This document shows, in pieces, positions 53,291 through 64,000 of a DNA stretch of 64,000 bases (position 1 is the first letter of the stretch; each line of letters begins with the position of its first letter). The notes beneath the pieces are model-generated. The model searched no databases and had not been told where the DNA came from. It worked only from the letters and a program-made list of their open reading frames with translations. The stretch is from Octopus sinensis (lineage: Eukaryota), in contig NC_042997.1 in NCBI RefSeq assembly GCF_006345805.1, positions 52,514,001 to 52,578,000 on the forward strand. Direction: 5' to 3'. Both the position numbers and the translations under genes were made by a program.

Positions 53291-53820
53291 AATGCCCTGA
53301 TGCAGTACCAGACAGTGGCTCTCATGGTTTCTGATCTTAACTGATTGGAAGTGTTATTATGTGCATTGTTTAGTCTTGGTATAAAAGATGGGCTACAGCA
53401 AATATTCTTTGCTTGTCAGTTGTTTGACCTTAACCAGTTGAACATGTCCCTTTGTGACTGCCGATATGTGCATCTCTGATCAAAGGCAGAAATAGTGGGG
53501 GAGCATCATAGCCATGTGTTGAGAGGGATTCTTTGGGATTTGAATTATTCACCCCTGGAAATATGGCTGTTTCGTTCAACATCCTTAAACAACTCTTATT
53601 CAGGGACCTTTTGAGTGGGATGGGTTACTCGACCAGAAGAAAACTCTAACCGAGCCCCACCTGCAAGGTCATGCGCTGTTAATCTTGATATGAGATCACC
53701 ATGTCGCGCACACATGGTTGTGGTGCATGTACCTGGTGTACCCTTATCAGATGGGTATACTGGGCTTCGTATATTTTACCCCAGTGTCACTTTGATGGCA
53801 TGTATTGCCCTCTCACTCAA
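53291..53820 (+). mobile_element. ~530 bp TAA-flanked repeat (putative Dong 3' UTR unit)
   Basis: Homologous to 39871-40395; followed by (TGA)n(TAA)n to ~54052. Confidence 0.65.
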
Positions 53821-53904
53821 TGATGATGATGATGATGATGATAATAATAATAATAATAATAATAATAATATAATAATATAATAATAATAATAATATAATA
53901 ATAA

Positions 53905-53968
<64 letters not shown>

Positions 53969-54001
53969 TATTATAATAATAATAATAATAATATAATAAT
54001 A

Positions 54002-54045
<44 letters not shown>

Positions 54046-54369
54046 TAATAAAAACAGTTTTTAAACAAGCGTTGAATCGATGCTATTTTTGTTATCGACT
54101 ACATTAGTCTCTGACTGTATGGAGCGATCTGTTAGTGAATAAACCAAATTGTGTGAAAGTCATTGCTACGACATATAAATATGGCTACGCTTGGATAACA
54201 AAACATAATCAGAGAACTGAAAACCCTTACAAGATATATAAGTCAATCTATTATCATACTGATGCATATCAACATAAATAGAGTGAAATATAAACTATCT
54301 AACCCTGTGTATGATAATATGATATAATATGTGTGTGCGTGTGTACGCATATGTATGCATGTATATTCT

Positions 54370-54560
54370 TTTATTCTTTTACTTGTTTCTGTCATTCGAC
54401 TGCGGCCATACTGGAGCACCGCCTTTAGTTGAACAAATGGATCCCAGTACTTATTTTTTGTAAGCTTAGTACTTATTCTTTGTAAGCTTAGTACTTATTC
54501 TATCAGTCTCTTTTGACGAACCGCTAAGTTGCGGGTGCGTGAACACACCAACATCGGTGG
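54370..54560 (+). mobile_element. SINE family B half with internal 24-bp duplication
   Basis: tttgtaagcttagtacttattct twice. Confidence 0.75.
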
Positions 54561-54934
54561 CTAACGAGAGCGTCAGTTGCATTCCGGCCTTGTAGGATCT
54601 TGCCAACGACCTGTGCTCACAGTTAGCCAAGTTCCTAGACGAAATGTGTCGCTTCCGATATAGGAAACAATGAATAATACACTCACTGGTGTTGCGAATA
54701 GCCGCCGGGCTGATTAAATAATCTGGTGCACGCATTTCCTCTGTTGGAATTAGGGCATCAGTGACGCCTGCTATTAGTTTCAGTGAGAAGGTAGCAGAAG
54801 GAACGACTCATACCACCAACAACCTTATTAGAGAACAGTACACATTCTCCTCTACGTTGTTCTAATACGACGACCGCTCAGGGTGCATGAGAACCACAAC
54901 AAGGAGCGAGTACATTAGAGAAACAACAATCACC

Positions 54935-55440
54935 ATCACCACTACCACCACCACCACCACCACCACCACCACCACCACCACCACAACAACAACAACAACA
55001 ACAACAACAACTACAACAACAACAGCAGCAGTAGCTGCATAGTAACTGCAATGGTTACGATAACAGTAAGGGCAAGGTTTTTAACAAACAGAACACCAAA
55101 AACAATTGCACCAACAATAACAACTACAACTACAACAACAGCAATAGCAGCAGCAATACTAAACAATAATAGCGACAGCAGCAACAGAAATAGCGACAGC
55201 TGCAATAACAACAGCTTCTGCAACAACGAAATCAGTAGTAACAACAACATTAGTAGTGGCAGCAGGAGCAACAACAACGACAATGGCACCGGCAGCAACG
55301 GAAACAACAGCAACAGTAGTAGTAACAACAACACCAGCAGCAACGGCAACAGCAGTAATTGTATCAGTAGCAACAACAGCAGCAACAACAACATTAACAG
55401 TAGCAACAGCAGTAACAAAAAGGACAATGACGACAAATTA
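54935..55440. repeat. Cryptic (CAC/CAA/CAG/AGC) trinucleotide region
   Basis: Direct reading. Confidence 0.85.
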
Positions 55441-55559
55441 AGTGGTTGGGGTCGGTAATATTTTGCTGGCATGGCGGTAAAGTCAGCAAAATACTTCTCA
55501 TTCTCCCTAAACAACAAGGAAACACGCCTGAAATAGGCAACACAACCAGTGACAGTGAA

Positions 55560-57620
55560 CGGGAACCAGCCGAAGTTTCGGCAGCCTGGAAAACAGTGCT
55601 ATATCACAGTGTCCGGAAAGCCCCGACACTCAGAAGTAGCAACTCATACCCACATTTAAAGAGCTCTTAAAGTTATATGGACAGATATAGAGCATGTGAT
55701 CAGGTGAAGGTAGTTCGGGAGAGTTGGGGGTCTTTTACCTAATCGAAGACCTTGTACTGAGGTACACCATAGTTCCCATATACGATAAACACACTTTATC
55801 CAACATATTTAAGAAAGAGTCCCACCAAGTTCAGATATATGGTGGATATTGCGTGTGTTGTCTTAGAAGGCAGCAATACCCTCTTCGACGTAAAATGAAC
55901 CGAGAGGGAGAATTGATTTGAGACCACGTATCCTCCACTCGATCAAACCAGAGGAAGCGGAAAAGATTCCAAACATTATCAATTTGCTAAATGGAGTGAA
56001 TATGCGTGCCACAGTTGAAGGCCGAATGTCATTTACGTGGTTATGAAGTCCATGTAAAAGTTTTCTGCTCTCGTCAAGAAGACAGGGGAGAAAAGGCAAC
56101 AAAATTTCATGACAGTATCACCAAAACCATACGTACATGAAACAGACAAATTCACAACTCCACCAACAGCCACATAAACAAAAAGAAAACACAGAAGAGC
56201 TACACCAGCAGACAAACAAACATCGACTAAATACCCAACCCAAATTTCGTGTCGATAAGGAGACGAATGTCCTTCATCGCACAAAGGGGACATATTGAAA
56301 CAAAGAGAACTGTTCAAGACCAGTACTTTCAAGGTGTGACAAAATTTGAAAATATTAAGACTGGACTTCGAAACGTACAAAGCAACTGGGGATAGTTTAT
56401 GCAATGACATTGGAAGTTCTACCGCAAGGGCCAGCAATATACTCCTAAAAGACTTCCCAAAGGAACCTAAAAATTTCATGATGACCAAATCACTCAGTCT
56501 TCGAGACCACCAAATGAGTAAGTAACATTTTTCTAATTATCTTCCTTTTGTACCAACACGGCAGCTCTGAGGATGGGGTATATAAATTCATGTGGCCTGT
56601 GGTCACCTTGTAAGCAGGTCACTTGCTCAATGATCTCAGATCACGAACGTTAGATGTAACAGCCATCACACTCGCCCTAATGTTTATCTATGGCGAATTT
56701 GAGATTTTCACATCTCTTACTTAGTCCTGATGGGGTGGATGGGATGGAAGTGCTGTTTCGGAAAGGCCTGAGTCTCTACATAGGTTGGTCTTTCAGGATC
56801 CGGACGATAAGTTGTGGTTCTCTCAGAGTTTATATGAGTAGAGTTGAAAAGGTTTAGTATGGATATAATAATAGAGAAGACTCGGCTAGAGAGACATCTC
56901 GTTAGGAACCTAGAAGGTATTGCGATAGATGGTCTTGCAGAGAGATTAACTTTTGATCAAGGTTGTGGTGTCGTTCTCTCATTAAGGCATGAGAGAACGA
57001 AAACCATTTGATGGTCCTGGACAGTGAATGCGGAACATTGCAACAAATCCACAATTTAGTTTTTGAGGGATTATGATGGATGCATGTTGATCAATTCCAA
57101 GCAAACGCTTGCCAAATGTGCTTTTCAGCAGCTCATCTCTTTGACAGAGATGCTACCCTGGATGAAGCGTTGATCGAAACAAGGTAAAACTCTATAGGCA
57201 TGGTAGCATCTACTCGAGATGTGCGCAGAGCAACTAAACTGTCCTGCACAAGTTCGTACAATGCCTGAGTATTGCTGAATTGTAGAGTTGTGTTGAACAG
57301 CCGTGGTGCATTGTAGGACGGATCCGGCTATCGGCCGACTTCATCGTAAAGGTCACCCACCCGCCTTTGTTTGGCCAGGAAGGACAGGCAGTTTTCCTCT
57401 GCCTGGTGGCTATGGCAAAGGAGATTGTGTGATGGATGAAACTCAAAAGACTGATGACAGACTCTTCTTCGGTCAAGCCATTTTTTTCCAAGTTACAGTT
57501 GCGACATGACGGCAAGGATGAGGGTGAGGGGTTACTCCTCCCACCGAGTAAATTTGTTGGAAATGAGTGAATGTGATGAGGGTGACCCGAGTGAGTAGGC
57601 ACACTCTAAATTGGTACCTG
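55560..57620 (+). mobile_element. Decayed L1/Tx1-like LINE (ORF1-like, endonuclease start, C-terminal Zn-finger; RT deleted)
   Basis: KIPNIINLLNGVNMRATVEGR, LLNDLRSRTLDV, VLFRKGL, KLYRHGS..SRCAQS.*TVLH.FVQC, LVAMAKEIV. Confidence 0.6.
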
Positions 57621-57869
57621 TAGGATGGCGAAAACGGATAAAAGAGGGCACCTCGCAGCGAAGTAATTCAGGAATTGGGGAGTTCCTTGATTATCCTATG
57701 ATGGTATTTGCCAATTGGAAAATCTTGTTATAATTTTCTTGCTAATTGTTATTGTTTATTTGTTGCTTACATGTGTTTATATAAATCTCCACGTTCCTTT
57801 GTCCTAAATGCTTTGCAGCCCTTGTGACCAATAAAGAACTTTCGGGCCCAGTATAATCTTTAATAACTT

Positions 57870-58345
57870 TCAGAAATCCCTGGGGTAGCAGTGCTATCAA
57901 AGAACGCTGCCAGTTCGAGATAAACTCTACAAGTACGGAAGCGCTGCCACACAGGACTGTCTGAGATGCAACGAAACCGTTCTGCATTTACTCGTGTAGT
58001 GTCCGAGTACTAATGACTTGTCGAGTTATGCCGAACAGTTGTTATCGCGTGTCGACTGAATCCACCATGAGGATCACCCCACCACCCGCCTTTAACCAGG
58101 CCAGGCAGCCGGCGTTCATGTCTAGTGGCAAAAGAGGTTTAGTGGTGAAAGAGGTTGTATGGTGGACGAGGTTGAAAGAATTAAGGAAAGGCATCTTCGG
58201 TTAAACCCTCATCGACTTTTTAAAGTTCCATTGGAAAGGACGGTGAGGATGGCGAGGGAAGTGCTACTCCCCAGTAAAGTTGTGAAAAGATGAATGACTG
58301 TGACAGAAATCGTTAGAGTGAATGACCCTCCTCTAACTATGCGCT
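57870..58345 (+). mobile_element. Second L1/Tx1-like 3' end
   Basis: QCYQRTLPVRDKLYKYGS..DCLRCNETVLH; KEVVWWTRLKEL. Confidence 0.75.
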
Positions 58346-58761
58346 TGAACATTGGGGAGCAACGGATGAGAGAGGGCTCGTGCCTTTGGTGGTCAGGGTA
58401 ATTTTGGATCTGTAGGCTTCCTTGATTGGTCCTAGCTGGAGTTTCTCCTGCATCAGGAGGACTGCATCATTCATGTTATCAAATACTTTGTATACTATGT
58501 ATACACCGCAAATAATTGTTGTTGACAAAGATCCGGAGATATTGTATTCACCTCAATAGACGTTATTGATTGGTTGAAATTGCCGAAATGCAAGAAATTA
58601 AACAACAAATAGCTTACAAACTACAGAATTTTCTCAAGAAAGCCAAGAGAAAAAAATGTTTTATAAACACATTCTACCAGTATACGAAGTTTAAAAGTGT
58701 TTAATTACAAAGAAATTATTTTAAAATCTGCCGGTCAAAGCGAAAAGATCCTCAAGGCATT

Positions 58762-58990
<229 letters not shown>

Positions 58991-59369
58991 TAACAGAAGA
59001 CATCGATGGCTCTTTTCCCCATCCTAGACTCTCTTACATCTTTCACGCTCACATACCCTGTGTCCTTATGTTTAATGAAGCGCACATCCTTGAAAATAAG
59101 AGGCTATTACAAAGTTGCTGTCCGTTACCGCCAGAGTGCGATCGAGTGCAGAGCGGTCATGATGTGTTTGAGAGGAGCGTTATAATGCAACTACACACAG
59201 AGAGTAATGTCGGCTGCCTGTGATAAAAGGTTTTAAGTATTATAAAAAGTGGAGACGGAGAAAGCTCGGAATAGGAGGATGAGAAGGCAAAATGAATGAA
59301 AAGAAAACGCAAGATAATAGTACGCCGAGAAAATCGGAAGAAGACGGGATGAAAGTACGTAAAGTTTAT

Positions 59370-60490
59370 GTATACACTGGGAAACAAACATCCTGACCTA
59401 CATTATTGTCAGTGGACAAGTACAGTCTTGTATATCAAGATAGATATATTTTGCAAAAATGTTACAGGTGTTCGAAGTTTGGTAATTTTCAGAATTTTTA
59501 GCCAATCAGAAAATAGTGCGTTCGCTGCCTCTTCCATCATGGTGGGGTCATCGGCATGTCAAAACACTAAACTAGCTCGCGAGCAAATTAGATATTTAAA
59601 AGCTACAGAATTGCTAGAAATAACAGTCAAAACATTGAATTATACACGAGCAAAGTTAACATCTAAAACATTCGCCCAGGAAATATTAACCAGTCGATCA
59701 TACTGCCAGTAAGCCTTACAAGGAGGATCTCATGAGCTCAAACGAACTCAAAATGGACGGAAATCTCCGATTAACTTTTTTCACATAAAAAACCCGATGA
59801 TCAATAATTATAATGTCATTGCTTGAGTCTTCCTAAAAATGCAAATTAAACTTGTTTAGTCTGTGAATGACAGAAGAACCTTTTGTAAGTGTAGTGCCTT
59901 GATGATCACTATTGATTTGCAAAAGACGTGATCTAATGCAAGGAGAAGATGAAACCAGATAAGATAGTTGATGTCATCAAGATCATTTCAGTTCACCTAT
60001 CTAATAAACATCGCAACCCAGAGGTCTTTAAGACTATCAATACTTAGCTCTTCCACAGTCTATGTAGGGTCATCTTCCCACCTTCATTCCGTATATAAAA
60101 TTGAAAATGCACCAAAATTTATGTTACAAGATTTCTTCGGGTAACTCAGATTGACAGTGATCACAGACGTTGACTAGAAGACGAAGGCAAGAGAACACTA
60201 AAAGTTTACAGAAAGAGCTTATAGACAATCTATAGCTAGTTCAAGAAAAGTTGTGCAAGCTTCTAAAAGCGTACATCAATGTTGAGTACTGCAGCCTGGC
60301 TTAAGAAATTATCTCTCTCACAAAGTGTATCCAGAAGCAATATTGTTTCTCCTGGATTTTGGAATGAAGAGGTTAAGTGAACAAGAAAATTTTGTAGTAA
60401 TTCTTGCTGTGATTCTATTTTGTTAGTGAAATATTTTGTAATATATGCAAAGATTTGTACATTACGACTACATGAGATAACCATGTACTC
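59370..60490 (+). mobile_element. Possible heavily decayed CR1/L2-group 5' region
   Basis: YQDRYILQKCYRCSKFGNF resembles a gag-type Zn knuckle; remainder ambiguous. Confidence 0.3.
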
Positions 60491-60958
60491 CCTCTCCTCT
60501 CGGTCATGGTCGGGTCGTCGACGACTAAACCGGCTCCCCTCTTGGTTCAGCTTGCTAGATCTTGGAGGAAGGTGTGAGAACACACATCAGAATTAAAAAT
60601 CAGGTCTGTCCAAGCAAGGGCACAGGAGCGCTATCCTTATCCCTCACCACACTAAACTAAGACCCCAACGGTGGATCAAGCGGAGGAAGTCAGATCTCCG
60701 AACTCAACGAGTGATCCTAGCGGATGAGGGTGATGCTAGATAAACTAATAATATTGGAGCTAGTGGCATTCCGTTGCAGTCCATCTTCCAGACCTCGTAT
60801 GTCACTCTAGTAACTGCCGCAGTAGGAGGATTTTGAGCCCTAGTGCGTGGGGATCCCCTTTGCAAGATCTCTACCCTAAACAAACTCACACACACTATTG
60901 GCTGGTTTCTTTTTGATCCAACTCTTCCTACCCTCTCCTTTTTTTCTCTACAAGAAAG

Positions 60959-61308
60959 AGACTAGGCTGCCTCGTCAAATTTTATATAGTGAACTTTCCA
61001 CCGGAGGAAGACTCCGTGGCTGTCCCCTCCGTCGATGCAAAGCCTAAAACTGATTGGATTGATCCCAGAGTCTGAGACACTGAAGCTCAGGACAGGTCCA
61101 TAAAGAAGTGGAGAAACGATAAGAAAGAAAATGGAGGCTGCAACACTCAACGCCTCCACCACGGATCCCTTGTAAACTTTGCAATAGATGCTTCCGTGCA
61201 GGAATCGGCCTTATTAGTCATCTGAGGCATAAACACGGACAGAGAGGAAGAAGCGGTCAAGATGAAGCCAAATAAATTATCGGACACATGATAAAACGCC
61301 GCCGACGA

Positions 61309-61310
<2 letters not shown>
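60959..61310 (+). mobile_element. RTE (BovB-like) LINE 3' end
   Basis: ETRLPRQILYSELSTGGRLRGCPLRR; CKLCNRCFRAGIGLISHLRHKH C2H2; ends in (CGA)n/(TA)n. Confidence 0.85.
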
Positions 61311-61366
<56 letters not shown>

Positions 61367-61438
61367 GCATGTATGTATATGTGTGCGTATATATACATAT
61401 ATATACATACATATACATACATATATACATACACACAC

Positions 61439-61480
<42 letters not shown>

Positions 61481-61624
61481 CTTAAGAATTGGGTATGTTC
61501 CCACTAGTAAGCACGTTCACTGCCCGTGGCTACCCTGACGCAATCCACAGTATTTACACATATGTCGCTGGCTCTACTTCAGGAATTCTTCAGTGTACGT
61601 TGAGAATGTAACAAATGTTAGAGC

Positions 61625-61941
61625 CGGAAAATGGAATATACGAGAAACTTTATTGCTCACAATGATCGTTTTGATCTATCCTGCGTCAATCCCTCACGGG
61701 TGGGATATTGTACAACTGTTTCGCTTAATGCAGCATGTTTTAACAAAACATGCTGTATTAAAACCGAGCGAAACAGGATGTATTTAACGAGATACCCTTT
61801 ATAACATCATCTGACGAGGTGCTTCTGCACCGAGGGATGCACCACAACCAGTTGTGCAGTGTCCTACTCGTGAGGGATCGATGCAGGATGGATCGAAACG
61901 ATCGTTGTGAGCAATAAAGTATCTCGTATATTCCATTTCCG
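61625..61941 (+). repeat. Fold-back with 94/93 nt arms, inner hairpins and a hammerhead remnant
   Basis: 61625-61718 / 61849-61941; 9 G-U, 1 A-C, 1 A-A and 1 bulge when read on the + strand. Confidence 0.9.
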
Positions 61942-62039
61942 TCTCTGTTATTTGTTTTATGTATATATATATGTGTGTGTGTATATATACACTACACACA
62001 CACAAGTATATGTATATGTATGCTTGCCTATCATGTATG

Positions 62040-62099
<60 letters not shown>

Positions 62100-62234
62100 G
62101 AAAATTTCAATAGTTTTAACTTCAACCTTTTGGGTTCAATTATTCGAGTAAAAATTGAAAGGAAGCGCGTAAGTGAGCAAAGGAGGAGAGAGACTAAGAG
62201 TGAGAAAGAAAGAGAGAGGGAGAAAGATTGCGTA

Positions 62235-62288
<54 letters not shown>

Positions 62289-62628
62289 TGGCAGGCAGGC
62301 AAACTGACAGTTATAGAGGGGGCGTGCAATTCAGAAGTCAAAGGTAAGCAGCTGGGAAGTATTATGGAGTTATACGTGAAATTCTGACTGGGCGGAGTAT
62401 TATTTATTTTTATCTTTATTTTTCTTTTTATACCAAAGACACTTGTTGGGTGTTACCAAAACACGGCTTTCCAAGATAAGATAAACTTGGTTGGTGTGTG
62501 ACATATAAAACAAAAGAATAAACTACCAGAGGACCTCTGATGAGATGCCTCTCTTGTACACTTATTTAACTATTTGTAATTGTATTTGATCATACTGTTG
62601 CAATATATCTGCTCGTATCTTACATGTA

Positions 62629-62888
62629 CAATAATGCCTCAATATACGAGTTAATTCGTTCCAAGAGATCGCTCGTAGAGCGAAAGCTCGTTAAGCAGAA
62701 CAATAATTTTCCATAGTAGCAATGAAATTTTATGCTATCATTTTACTCTGTCGCCGTGTAAGACGTGTCAGAAGCAGTGTTGCTACATGTTGCGACGTTG
62801 CCACACTAAAAATGACTGTTTAACCTTTTTGTATTTATTATAAATTAAAACTCGTAAACCCGGGGTATCGTAAAGTGAGGTAATACTG
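62629..62888. mobile_element. pogo/Tigger-like MITE
   Basis: TA|caataatgcctcaatatacga ... tcgtaaagtgaggtaatactg|TA imperfect TIRs with TA TSD. Confidence 0.6.
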
Positions 62889-63179
62889 TATCACAAATCT
62901 AACGTGTAACTATTAATTTCTTTAATTCTATCACAGATTTCTTAATGATATATAAAAAAAGAAACGGGACAAATTCTTTTACTAGTTCCAGTCACTGAAC
63001 TGTTGGCATGCTTATCTGGTACCAATTCTAGCGGTCTTTTTCGCCGAATTGCTAAGATTCGGCAAGAGCGTAAACAAACCAATATCGGATGTCAACCGGG
63101 GAGAAATAAAAAAAAGAACGCAAGCACACACTCACACACACGCACGCACAAACAAACACACACGCGCACGCACACGCAC

Positions 63180-63308
63180 ACATGTATATACGATGGGCAT
63201 CCACACAGTTTCTGTTAACCATATTCAACTACAAGACTTTTGATGACATTTGCATAAATTGCTATACGATGGGACTGAACCCGAAACCACACTCTCTGCG
63301 CCCCACTT

Positions 63309-63362
<54 letters not shown>

Positions 63363-63591
63363 ACACACGCGCGGGCAGACACATACATGTGTGTGTGTGT
63401 GTGTGTGCATAGGCACGGCTCTGGATGTGTGGTAAGAAGCTTTCTTCCCAACCCCATGGTTCCAGGTTCAGTCCCACAGCGTGACACCTTTAGCAAGTGT
63501 CTTTTACTATGGCCTCGGACTGACCAAAGCCTTGTGAGTGGGTTTGATAGATGGAAGCTGATAAAGCCCGTCATATATACGCAAATATATA

Positions 63592-63675
<84 letters not shown>

Positions 63676-63945
63676 TAGATAGATAGGTAGGTAAATAGAT
63701 AGATAGATAGATACATACATATATATGTGTGTGTGTGTTTGTCCCCCACTACCACTTGACAGCTGATGCTGGCATATTTATATCCTCGTAACTTAGCGGT
63801 GTAGCAAAAGAGACCGATAGAATAAGTACCAGGCTTCTAAAAAGCAAGTACTGGGGTCGTCGATACATTCGACTGAAAATTCTTCAAAGCGGTGCTCCAG
63901 TATGGCCACAGTCTATTGACTGAAACAGGTAAAGGATGAAAGACA
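63180..63945. mobile_element. SINE family B pieces in both orientations
   Basis: 63180-63310 (+), 63410-63580 (-), 63740-63945 (-). Confidence 0.75.
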
Positions 63946-63959
63946 CACACACAAACACA

Positions 63960-63997
<38 letters not shown>

Positions 63998-64000
63998 GCC

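Noticed and set aside
54580-54650. Penelope RT scrap (LAKFLDEM)
   Set aside because: Too short to support.
55011-55517. N/S-rich 135 aa and L-rich 168 aa ORFs
   Set aside because: Cryptic trinucleotide simplicity open in several frames.

Overview
AT-rich, microsatellite-dense, repeat-dominated animal genomic DNA. The SINE families and (TA)n/(TATG)n/(TAA)n load resemble an Octopus/coleoid cephalopod genome (inferred from memory, not database-checked). No intact gene is visible and nearly all ORFs in the supplied track are simple-repeat translations or decayed transposon fragments. Recognisable elements: RTE, R4/Dong, Penelope-like (PLE), CR1/L2-group, I-group and L1/Tx1 LINE relics; a Buster-type hAT remnant; two head-to-tail non-autonomous Helitrons; MITEs; many tRNA-derived SINEs. 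Two phase-compatible minus-strand exons may belong to a BTB-BACK-like host gene, and there is a possible plus-strand promoter/first exon. The most striking signal is a set of sequence-unrelated type I hammerhead ribozyme (HHR) motifs with short, mostly palindromic stem III. They lie at about 11.5, 18.9, 23.0, 26.2, 31.0 and 41.6-43.6 kb, with a remnant at 61.8 kb, and most sit in or beside a long inverted repeat. One ~1.1 kb tandem unit carries HHRs in both polarities and could release unit-length RNA of both strands, like a retrozyme or viroid. All RNA folds were derived by eye and none is computed or tested; an assembly artefact cannot be excluded for the tandem unit.
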